From assembly GCA_963823915.1 (NCBI GenBank), contig CAWGNJ010000002.1, forward strand, positions 335,192 to 399,191: a stretch of 64,000 nucleotides of DNA, in the 5' to 3' direction. The translations under genes and the position numbers were made by a program. Origin of the DNA: an uncultured Actinomycetota bacterium (lineage in GTDB: Bacteria; Actinomycetota; Acidimicrobiia; Spongiisociales; UBA4744). This document shows, one piece after another, positions 30,854 to 38,941 of this stretch (position 1 is the first letter of the stretch; each line of letters begins with the position of its first letter). Below the pieces are notes generated by a model, which did not search any database, had not been told where the DNA came from, and was given only the letters and a program-made list of their open reading frames with translations.

Positions 30854-31039
30854 CGGAGGCTGATCACCGCTCGAGCTCAACCGGTTCCCAGGCCCCGGAC
30901 CGTTGCGGGGGCCTGACGGGCGCTTCCTGAAAGCGAGCACGGCCGCGGCTAGGGCCGCCATCAACAGGATCGGTCTGCGGAATCATGCGGGCCAGTGTAG
31001 GGAGATTCTCGGGCTGGTCGACAGGAGGCTAAGCTGCGA

Positions 31040-31180
31040 TGTCCGGTAGAGCCGGACACCATGAAGGTCCCACCAGTGGCTAAGAGCGAAGTCCGGTGCA
31101 AATCCGGCGCTGTCCCGCAACTGTGATGCCCTCCCCGGAGGGATGAGCCAGGTCGCCTGCCTTTCATGGTCACGGAAGTG
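31040..31180 (+). promoter_or_regulatory. cobalamin (B12) riboswitch
   Basis: The core, agagcgaagtccGGTGCAAATCCggcGCTGTCCCGCAACTGTga, and the 3' element gAGCCAGGtcgCCTGCC match conserved cobalamin-riboswitch blocks. P1-like pairing joins ccatgaagg (31059-31067) with cctttcatgg (31160-31169). It lies directly upstream of a btuF-like gene. Confidence 0.8.
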
Positions 31181-31245
31181 CTCTCGTAGGAAGGGCGCAC
31201 GTGCGACCGCGTCGGACGGAGCGTCCTCCGAAGGATTGGAGGACT

Positions 31246-32119
31246 GGTGAGGCGTCTGGCGGGTTCTCTCTCTTTTGGTGATCCTTTCTCTTGGTGTCAT
31301 GTGCGTCGTCCGTCACGGTCGAGGGTGACGCCGGTCGGGTGGTTCTCGATGACCGCCCGAAGCGGATTGTCTCCCTCTCGGCAACCCATACCGAGATCCT
31401 GTACGCGATCGGGGCGGGAGATCTGATCGTGGCCACAGATCTCACGTCCAATTACCCGGCGGAGGCCGAGGCGACTACCAAGGTTGACGCCTTCAACTTC
31501 AACATCGAAGAGATCGCCGCAACCGAACCAGACCTGGTCATCACCGCTTTCGATTTTCAGGGTGAAGTGGCTGCACTGGAGGCTATCGGGATTCCGGTTC
31601 TCCTTCTGATCCCGCCTCGAATCTGGACGACGCCTACGAGCAAATCCGAGATTCTGGGCGACGTTACCGGCCGCGACTCCGAAGCCGCCGAGCTGGTTTC
31701 CTCGATGCGAAGCGCAGATCGATGGTCTGGTGGCCTCGACCTCGGGCGAATCCCTCACGATGTTTCACGAGGTGGACAACACCCTGTTCAGCGCCAACTC
31801 TTCGACCTTCCTGGGTGAGATCTACGGGTTGCTTGGATTGTCGAATATCGCCGACTCAGTTCCCGATGAGTTCGGTTCCGGTTACGTGCAGCTATCCGAG
31901 GAGTTCCTCTTCTCAGAAGACCCTGACCTGGTGTTTCTCGGCGATGCCAGTTTTGGGGAAAGTATCGAGACCGTCAGCAGTCGGCCCGGATGGGACACCT
32001 TGACTGCTGTCAAGACGGGCGCCGTGTTCGAACTGGACGGGGATATCGCCAGCCGCTGGGGGCCGCGCACGGTAGATCTGGTGGAAGACATTGTGGCTGC
32101 TATCGAGTCGGTCTCCTAG
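31246..32119 (+). CDS. ABC-transporter periplasmic binding lipoprotein (BtuF/Peripla_BP_2-like), with several frame breaks
   Basis: RIVSLSATHTEILYAIGAGDLIVATD...EPDLVI...GIPVLLL... then (ORF 31730..32119) FHEVDNTLFSANSSTFLGEIYGLLGL...PDLVFLGD...WDTLTAVKTGAVFELDGDIASRWGPR. A lipoprotein-like leader (VRRLAG..LSLLVILSLGVMC) is visible only by frame hopping at 31246-31300. Confidence 0.7.
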
Positions 32120-32122
32120 ACC

Positions 32123-33154
32123 ATGGCAACCTCTGCCGCGGTCCCCTCGAGCCACCGGCGGCGCAGCTATGTGGTGGGCGGGCTGGCTTTGGCGGCTGCA
32201 GCCATCTTGGGGATAACGGTGGGCCCGGTGCGAATCGGCGCGGGTGCTGCGCTCACCGAGTTGGCGGATCATCTGCTCCCCTGGAACTTTTCGTCAGGCC
32301 TAAGTGACCAGGAGGCAGCCATCGTGTGGCAACTGCGCGCTCCCCGCGTCGTGTTGGGCGCTTTGGTTGGTGCCATGCTGGCCACGGCCGGCGGCGCCTA
32401 TCAGGGGGTATTCCGCAATCCATTGGCGGACCCTTATCTGCTGGGAGTGGCCGCTGGTGCCGGGTTGGGAGCGACGGCAGCTCTGGCCGCCGGTGCCGGA
32501 GCCGGGGTTCTGCCGGTGGCCGCGTTTGTCGGTGCGGTACTGGCGGTAACCGCCACCTACTACTTCGCCAGGGCGGCCGGGGGGAGGCGAACTCCGGCGA
32601 CGTTGATCTTGGCGGGAGTTGCCATTGGATCTTTCCTGACGGCTTTGCAGACGTTTCTCCAGCAGCAGTCGTCGGATCGCATCCGTGAGGTCTTTACCTG
32701 GCTGTTGGGACGCCTCAGCGGAGCCACCTGGCCGCAGGTGGTGGCCGTCCTGCCTTACGTAGTGGTCGCGTTGGTGACCCTCTTTGCCTACCGACGGATC
32801 CTCGATGTTCTGTCAGTTGGAGAGGAGGAGGCCGCTACTTTGGGAGTTCAACCGACCCGGGCCCGGTTAGTGATTATCGGGGCGGCCACCTTGGGTGCGG
32901 CCGCGGTCGTGTCGGTCTCCGGCTTGATCGGGTTCGTGGGGATCGTCGTACCCCACGCCGTTCGCATGGTGGCCGGACCCAGCTACCGGGTCATCCTGCC
33001 TCTATCAATGTTGGTTGGAGCCGCCTTCCTGTTGGCGGCCGACCTCCTCGCCCGTACGGCTATTTCGCCTGGGGAACTCCCCATCGGGGTGGTCACCGCC
33101 TTTGTTGGTGCTCCGTTCTTTGCCATGATTCTCCGTCGCCGGGTGGTTCGCTGA
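32123..33154 (+). CDS. FecCD/BtuC-family ABC transporter permease
   Basis: 343 aa and intact, with about 9-10 TM helices. Signatures include ...WQLRAPRVVLGALVGAMLATAGGAYQGVFRNPLADPYLLGV... and the C-terminal PIGVVTAFVGAPFF. Confidence 0.9.
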   Translation: MATSAAVPSSHRRRSYVVGGLALAAAAILGITVGPVRIGAGAALTELADHLLPWNFSSGLSDQEAAIVWQLRAPRVVLGALVGAMLATAGGAYQGVFRNPLADPYLLGVAAGAGLGATAALAAGAGAGVLPVAAFVGAVLAVTATYYFARAAGGRRTPATLILAGVAIGSFLTALQTFLQQQSSDRIREVFTWLLGRLSGATWPQVVAVLPYVVVALVTLFAYRRILDVLSVGEEEAATLGVQPTRARLVIIGAATLGAAAVVSVSGLIGFVGIVVPHAVRMVAGPSYRVILPLSMLVGAAFLLAADLLARTAISPGELPIGVVTAFVGAPFFAMILRRRVVR

Positions 33155-33959
33155 TGTCGCGCATACAGTGCCGCGGACTCACTGCCCGGTACGGGCCACA
33201 AGAAGTGCTTCGCAGCGTCGATCTTGACGTCGCCGAAGGCGAGTGGGTGGCCGTTATCGGACCAAATGGATCGGGCAAATCGACGCTGCTTCGGGCCGTG
33301 GCCGGTACCTTGCCTTCCACGACGGGGGACATCCGGGTCAACGGCAACCTCGACGACACCTCGGCCAAGCGAAGGTCGCGGCTGATGGCGATGGTTCACC
33401 AAAATCCGGTGATCCCGGACGGCATGACGGTTTTGGACTACGTCCTCTTGGGCCGAACCCCGTACATCCCGACGTGGGGCAAGGAAACGCCGCAGGATCT
33501 GGAAGTCGCTTTTAGGGTTCTGGCCGAGCTAAATCTCGAGTCAATGGCCGATCGACCGCTTCACTCGCTCAGCGGTGGCGAGCTCCAGCGGGTGGTCCTG
33601 GGCCGGGCCCTGGCCCAGGAAGCCCCCATATTGTTGTTGGACGAGCCAACCACGGCTCTCGATGTCGGTCATCAACAGCAGGTGCTCGAACTGGTCGACC
33701 AACTTCGAGCTACCCGAGCGATCACTGTCTTGGCGGCTATGCACGATCTGACTCTGGCCGCTCAGTACGCCGATCGCCTCGTGTTGCTGGTGTCAGGTCG
33801 TACCGTGGCCGCCGGGTCGGCGCAGAGGTGCTGACGGCTGACTTGCTCAGCAAGCATTACGGGGCTGAGGTGGTCATCATGCAAAGCCCGGAAGGGGGAG
33901 TGGTGGTTGCTCCCCGGAGGCGGGCGGATTCCCTACCGCCGGAGAGCAGGAACCTCTAG
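33154..33959 (+). CDS. ABC transporter ATP-binding protein (BtuD/FepC-like), with a frame break near 33820
   Basis: Walker A is GPNGSGKSTLL, the signature is LSGGELQRV, and Walker B is LLLDEPT. The tail, AEVLTADLLSKHYGAEVVIMQSPEGG..., is in a shifted frame and ends at the TAG at 33957-33959. Confidence 0.9.
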
Positions 33960-33963
33960 CCTG

Positions 33964-34881
33964 ATGCCTCGGGAGGATGCAGTGGAAGCGCTAGCAGAGA
34001 CTCTGGGTCTCTCGACCGGTCAATTGAAGGCAATCCAATCCGCAGTAGTGGTTCTGGTTCTCGTCCTGCTGCGCTGGTTGGTGTTGCGAATCATCCACCG
34101 CCGGATTCAGGATCCAGAGGTCTGGTATCGGGCTCGCAAGATCGCGACCTACACCGTCACCCTTGTCACCGTCTTCTTCCTGCTGCGGATCTGGTTGATC
34201 CAGTTCGAGAATTTCGCCACTTTCCTCGGCTTGCTGTCGGCGGGTGTCGCTATTGCCCTTTCCGATGTTCTGAAGAACCTGGCTGGGTGGGCCTACATCC
34301 TCGCCCGGCGTCCCTTCCGAACCGGTGATCGAATCCAGATCGGAGACCACTCAGGCGACGTGATCGATGTTCGCGTCTTCCGCTTCAGCATTTTGGAGAT
34401 CGGCAACTGGGTTCATGCCGATCAGTCAACCGGACGAATCATTCACATACCCAACGGTTTGGTGTTCACGGCACCGGTGGCCAATTTCACTGAGGGATTC
34501 AGCTTCATCTGGCACGAGATACCGTTTCTGATCACGTTCGAGTCTGATTGGAAACGGGCCGAAGCGCTGTTTGCCGCCGTCCTCTCCGAAGTGGCACCGG
34601 GGATTTCCGGCAAGGCCGCGGAGCGAATCAAGGCGACTGCCCGCGAGTACCGGATCAAGTACACCCATCTCACCCCGACCGTTTACGTGACGGTCGAGGA
34701 CAGTGGAGTACTGCTGACCGGGCGGGTACTCGTGTCAGCCCGGCAACGTCGGTCGGTCGACCAGGACATCTGGAAGAAACTCCTCGACGTTATCGCCGCC
34801 GAACCCGCCATCGATCTTGCTTATCCGACGATCAGGACCGTGCTGCAAGATCCGATCAGGCTTTCCGACCCAGACCGCTGA
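33964..34881 (+). CDS. mechanosensitive ion channel (MscS family)
   Basis: TM helices are followed by the beta-domain FRTGDRIQIGDHSGDVIDVRVFRFSILEIGNW...TGRIIHIPNG. The start is at MPREDAV (within ORF 33907..34881). Confidence 0.8.
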   Translation: MPREDAVEALAETLGLSTGQLKAIQSAVVVLVLVLLRWLVLRIIHRRIQDPEVWYRARKIATYTVTLVTVFFLLRIWLIQFENFATFLGLLSAGVAIALSDVLKNLAGWAYILARRPFRTGDRIQIGDHSGDVIDVRVFRFSILEIGNWVHADQSTGRIIHIPNGLVFTAPVANFTEGFSFIWHEIPFLITFESDWKRAEALFAAVLSEVAPGISGKAAERIKATAREYRIKYTHLTPTVYVTVEDSGVLLTGRVLVSARQRRSVDQDIWKKLLDVIAAEPAIDLAYPTIRTVLQDPIRLSDPDR

Positions 34882-34918
34882 TCCTCAAGGGTGCCCCGGA
34901 AGGTGCCGATTGAACTAG

Positions 34919-36130
34919 TTGGCTCATGCCGCCGCGTGGAGGTCTGCAACGATGAACTGGCTGGGCAGTGCCCTGGTGGTGCTCGGTGCCGGAGTGGTAA
35001 GCGCCGGTTTGGTTTTTGCGTTCTCCAAGTTCGTCGGAGTGCGGGGCCGGGTTGTGGCCGAGCACCGGAGAGTCTGGTACGTCGATCTCCTCAGCCGAAT
35101 GATCCTGACCCGGGAGGGAATACCCCGGATGCTGCGCCGACGGGCCACAGATCCGGTTTTCCGCGAGGTGTTGCTGCAATATCTGCGTTTCCTGGAAGGG
35201 CACGAGCGCGAGCTACTTGTTGTCGGTTGCCCAGATGCTGGGCCTGGTCGGCCGGTACGTTAAGGACCTCCACCACACTCGCAAAGAAGTAAGGGTGCGG
35301 GCCGCCGAGGCACTGACCGAGGTGGCAGAACCGTCGACGGTGCAAGAGTTGGTCATGGCCCTGACGGATCCGGTGCCGGAGGTGCGGATACAGGCGGCCG
35401 CCGCGCTCGCCCGGATGGGCGATCCCCGGTCGGCCCGATCAATTCTTCACCAACTGGATAGGGAAGATGAGTGGGCCGCGCACCGAATTGGCGATGCCCT
35501 CGCCAGATTCGGTTCCGGAGCGGTCCCGGCCATGGTTGAGTACCTGGAGGGGCCGGCCCGCTACGGGCCGCTGGTGGTCCGTTCGCTTGGCCTGATCGGT
35601 GATACCGGGGCTGAGCCTGTGCTCAGCCGGCTGCTCGAAAACGAGAACGAAGAAGTACGCCTAGCGGGCCGCGGCCGCTCTTGGAAAAGCCGGTTCGCCT
35701 CATTCGTTGCTCGACCTGTCTCAGGCGCTGCCGCGATCCGGCCTGGGAAGTCCGCGCGCAAGCGGCCCGGGCACTTGGAGAACTCATGGATGGCCAAGCA
35801 GTCACCTGGCTGCGGCATGCGCTCACAGATCGGTCATGGTGGGTTCGCAACAACGCGGCTGCCAGCCTGGCCAATCTTCCCGGTGGGGCGGAAGCGCTGC
35901 GGGATGCCCTGGACGATTGGGATCCCTACGCCCACGATGCTGCCGCGGCGATGCTGCTCTCCTCCGGTTTGGCCCGCAGGGCCGTCACTCGCCTGGAAGC
36001 AGATGATCCAATCGAACGTGAGCAGGCACGTTCGTTGATCAAGAAACTCATCGAAGTAGGCAAGGAGGAGTACTTCCGGATGGATGGAACGCTTGAGATC
36101 GTGCAACGAGAAGAGGTCTTGCTGGATTGA
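34919..36130 (+). CDS. membrane-anchored HEAT-repeat protein, with about 3 frame breaks
   Basis: The N-terminal TM helix is NWLGSALVVLGAGVVSAGLVFAF. PBS-lyase-type HEAT repeats include VRVRAAEALTEV, PEVRIQAAAALARMGDP, EVRLAAAAALGK (shifted frame), WEVRAQAARALGEL and WWVRNNAAASLANL. The pieces are ORFs 34919.., 35217.., 35707.. and 35681... Confidence 0.65.
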
Positions 36131-36262
36131 GATCCAGTTTCCCGTTTCTAGTTTCAAGTTCGTAGTTGGTAGTTCTGGGCAACGCCTCGTTTGATGCGCT
36201 CGCGGATAGCGGATAGCGGATAGCGGAGGGCGCCCCGGCGCCTTCGGCGCCGGTTAGCCTGT
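36131..36262. repeat. intergenic micro-repeat block (7-nt phased arrays plus a TTC-loop hairpin plus gttag)
   Basis: cagtttc ccgtttc tagtttc aagttcg tagttgg tagttct (36135-36176); gcggata x3 (36202-36226); hairpin ccggcgcc-ttc-ggcgccgg (36235-36253), followed by ttagcc. Confidence 0.85.
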
Positions 36263-36266
36263 TTTT

Positions 36267-37004
36267 ATGGATCTCTACTCACGAGTCAACATTCTCGACG
36301 GGCGCGCCGTTCGCCTGCCGCACGGCGACGTCCACGAAGCCGCCATCGCTCTCGACGCCGATCCAATCGCCCGTGCCCAGGGCTGGGAAGCCAAAGGAGC
36401 CGACCACCTCCTGGTCGTCGACCTGAACGCTGCGGCGTACGGGGACTACTCGAACCGCCCCTTGGTCGATCGGATCGTTTCCACGGTTGAAATACCCGTA
36501 TTGGTGGCCGGGGGAGTCCGCTCGCTTCAGGAGGTCGAGCGCCGCCTCGAGGCGGGAGCCTGGCGAGTTGCCATGGGCACAACCGCCATCGAGGACCAGG
36601 TCGCCACGTGGGAAATCTGCCGGGAGTACCCGGATCGGATCATGATCACTCTGGACGTGAAACCCGACGAAGAGCTGGTAGTGCGGGGATGGACGGCTCA
36701 CAGCGGCCGCCACCTTGAGGAAGTGATCATCGAACTCTCATCGGCCGGAGCGGCCGGGTTCATGGTCGCTGAGGCCAACCGCGATGCGCTGGCCGAACCG
36801 CCCAACTTCCTGATTCTCCGCGAAGCCCTCTCCTATGTCGACGATCCGGTGATCGCGGCGGGAGGCGTTCGTAATCTGTCCGATCTCAAGAATCTGACCG
36901 AGCTCGAGTCCGATGGCAAACGCCTGGGAGGAGTGGTCGTCGGTAGGGAAGTGACCGAAGGGCGTTTCACCATGGAGGAAGCCGCCGGTCTCCTCGCCGG
37001 TTGA
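36267..37004 (+). CDS. HisA/PriA-like (beta/alpha)8-barrel protein (ProFAR isomerase family paralog)
   Basis: 245 aa. The sequence YSRVNILDGRAVRL aligns with the PAIDLxxGxxVRL of HisA/PriA. Phosphate-binding motifs VAGGVRS and AAGGVRN, plus GVVVGRE, are present. Confidence 0.75.
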   Translation: MDLYSRVNILDGRAVRLPHGDVHEAAIALDADPIARAQGWEAKGADHLLVVDLNAAAYGDYSNRPLVDRIVSTVEIPVLVAGGVRSLQEVERRLEAGAWRVAMGTTAIEDQVATWEICREYPDRIMITLDVKPDEELVVRGWTAHSGRHLEEVIIELSSAGAAGFMVAEANRDALAEPPNFLILREALSYVDDPVIAAGGVRNLSDLKNLTELESDGKRLGGVVVGREVTEGRFTMEEAAGLLAG

Positions 37005-37027
37005 CGGCGACGAAGATAACCGATCGG

Positions 37028-37330
37028 TCACGTCGCGGCGGACCAGAAGATCGGCACGATCCGATGCGTGATGTCCAACCCCTTCAGCTCGACCACCCGC
37101 TCCGGTCCCAGCTCGAAACCTTGACCGGTAGCCAGTTCCGCGGCGACCGAAGAAACCAGGATGTCACCAGCAGCGGCTGCGGACAGCGATGCGAGCCGCT
37201 TGGTTGACGGTGATACCGATATAGTCGCCGGCGGCGTGGACGGCATCACCTGTGTGTACGCCGATGCGGATTCGAAGGTTTGGTCCGGTAGCTCTTCGTT
37301 GGAGTTCAACGGCAGAGGAGAGGGCGTCCC
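37028..37330 (-). pseudogene. remnant of a class III adenylate/guanylate cyclase catalytic domain (C-terminal half only, frame break ~37200)
   Basis: LRIRIGVHTGDAVHAAGDYIGITVNQAAR then (shifted) LASLSAAAAGDILVSSVAAELATGQGFELGPERVVELKGL. The N-terminal half of the domain is missing. The apparent 5' extension to 37442 merely reads through the hairpin repeats. Confidence 0.55.
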
Positions 37331-37333
37331 TCA

Positions 37334-37442
37334 GCGAAGCGACCGGCGTGTTGCCTGGAGTTTGCGAAGCAAACTCCGTTAGGTCGCTTCCACTCGGGCA
37401 GTTTGTTTCACAAACTGCAATGTGACGAGGGAACCTCGTCAC
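37334..37442. repeat. hairpin-repeat block 3' of tRNA-Ile
   Basis: gaagcgaccggcgt (37336-37349); ggagtttgc-gaa-gcaaactcc (37357-37377) plus gttagg; gcagtttgt-ttc-acaaactgc (37398-37418); gtgacgagg-gaa-cctcgtcac (37422-37442). Confidence 0.85.
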
Positions 37443-37446
37443 ACCG

Positions 37447-37521
37447 TGGGCCCACCTGGACTTGAACCAGGGGCCTCATCCTTATCAGGGATGCGCTCTA
37501 ACCAGGCTGAGCTATGGGCCC
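37447..37521 (-). tRNA. tRNA-Ile (anticodon GAU)
   Basis: Reverse complement: GGGCCCATAGCTCAGCCTGGTTAGAGCGCATCCCTGATAAGGATGAGGCCCCTGGTTCAAGTCCAGGTGGGCCCA. The anticodon arm is CATCC-CTGATAA-GGATG. The T-loop is GGTTCAAGTCC. No CCA is encoded. Confidence 0.9.
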
Positions 37522-37573
37522 AAAACGAGAGCGTTATGGTAGCAATCCTGGTGCCTGACGAAAGCGGTGGCTG

Positions 37574-38203
37574 ATGGACAGTGGGAGTTGGAACGATCGA
37601 TACGAAGGCCGTGAGTTGTTGTGGACGGCGGCGCCCAATCGGTTCCTAGTTGCTGAGGTGGCCTCCCTAGCGCCCGGGACGGCTCTCGACCTTGGTTGCG
37701 GAGAGGGTCGTAACGCCGTTTGGTTGGCCGAACAGGGTTGGCAGGTCACGGCGGTGGATTTCTCCGGTGTTGCTATCGCCAAGGGCAGCGAGATGGCCGC
37801 CGTTCGAGGGGTCGAGGCGACCTGGGTTACCGAGGATCTGAATCTCTACGAGGCTCCAGAGAGGGCCTTCGATCTGGTTGTCTGTTTCTACATCCATATT
37901 CCCGTCGACCAGCGGGACGCGATGCTGAAAAGAGGGGCAGAGGCTCTGGCTCCCGGAGGAACTTTGTTGGTGGTCGGCCATGATGTCACCAACCTCGAGC
38001 ACGGTTACGGCGGTCCTCAAGACCCTTCGCTGCTGTACACGCCGGCCGACATTACGGCGGCGATGCCCGGACTCGAGATAGTCAAGGCGGAACGGGTTGT
38101 GCGGGTCGTTGAGAACGACGAAGGCCGATTTGAAGCTATCGACACACTCGTTCGGGTGACACGGCCCGACCCGCCTGCGGATCCAACTGGTACCGTGAAG
38201 TGA
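37574..38203 (+). CDS. class I SAM-dependent methyltransferase
   Basis: 209 aa. Motif I is ALDLGCGEGRNAVWLAEQGWQVTAVDFS. Confidence 0.8.
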   Translation: MDSGSWNDRYEGRELLWTAAPNRFLVAEVASLAPGTALDLGCGEGRNAVWLAEQGWQVTAVDFSGVAIAKGSEMAAVRGVEATWVTEDLNLYEAPERAFDLVVCFYIHIPVDQRDAMLKRGAEALAPGGTLLVVGHDVTNLEHGYGGPQDPSLLYTPADITAAMPGLEIVKAERVVRVVENDEGRFEAIDTLVRVTRPDPPADPTGTVK

Positions 38204-38928
38204 TGACGAAGCGGGTCGTCACCCTTCTGTCTTTTGCCTTGTTGGCGGCGTCCTGTGCGGCCGAGCCTGAGGTTGTTTCAACCACGGCCCCGGCGACGAC
38301 CACCAGCACCACCACGACCACCACGATGCCGACCACCACGACGGCGCCAACCACCACCACCACCTTCCTCGAAGCTCCGGTGGGCTACGAGTTCATCGAG
38401 ATTGAAGGTGAGGGCCTTCAATTGGCGTTGCCCGAATCGTGGGTGACGGTTGATCTCACCCAGGAAGGTTGGGAGGAACTGCTGACCGAAGGCTTGGCCG
38501 CCCTCCCGGAGTCCGCCGCGCTGATCAATGAGGAAGCACAAGGCATCATCAGCGAGGGAGGCCTCTTGCTGGCCTACGACTTGGGACACCAGGACGAGGA
38601 CTTCGTCACCAACCTGAACATCCTTTCGTCGGTAAGAGCCCCCGGCGACACTCCCGCAGCTGTTGTTCCTGTTCTGGGTGAAACCCTCGAGCAATTTGGC
38701 GCGGTGGCTCCCGCCGTGGATCTGGTGGAAGTGCCCCTGGGTCCGGCCGTCAAGGCGAGCTACGGCTTCGCTCCTGAGACCGGCTTCACCCATTTTGCAG
38801 TTCAGTACTACGTGTTCGATGTGGATACGGTTTTCATCGTCACCTTCAGCACTGAGGACCTCATCGAACTCGAATTCGTCTTCGAGACGATCATGTCGAC
38901 CTTCGATTCAGCTTCCGGTTCCCGATAA
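38200..38928 (+). CDS. secreted lipoprotein with a Thr-rich linker (function unknown)
   Basis: The signal peptide and lipobox are VVTLLSFALLAASC, followed by TTAPATTTSTTTTTTMPTTTTAPTTTTT. Confidence 0.65.
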   Translation: MMTKRVVTLLSFALLAASCAAEPEVVSTTAPATTTSTTTTTTMPTTTTAPTTTTTFLEAPVGYEFIEIEGEGLQLALPESWVTVDLTQEGWEELLTEGLAALPESAALINEEAQGIISEGGLLLAYDLGHQDEDFVTNLNILSSVRAPGDTPAAVVPVLGETLEQFGAVAPAVDLVEVPLGPAVKASYGFAPETGFTHFAVQYYVFDVDTVFIVTFSTEDLIELEFVFETIMSTFDSASGSR

Positions 38929-38941
38929 AGTAGGGCCCTAC

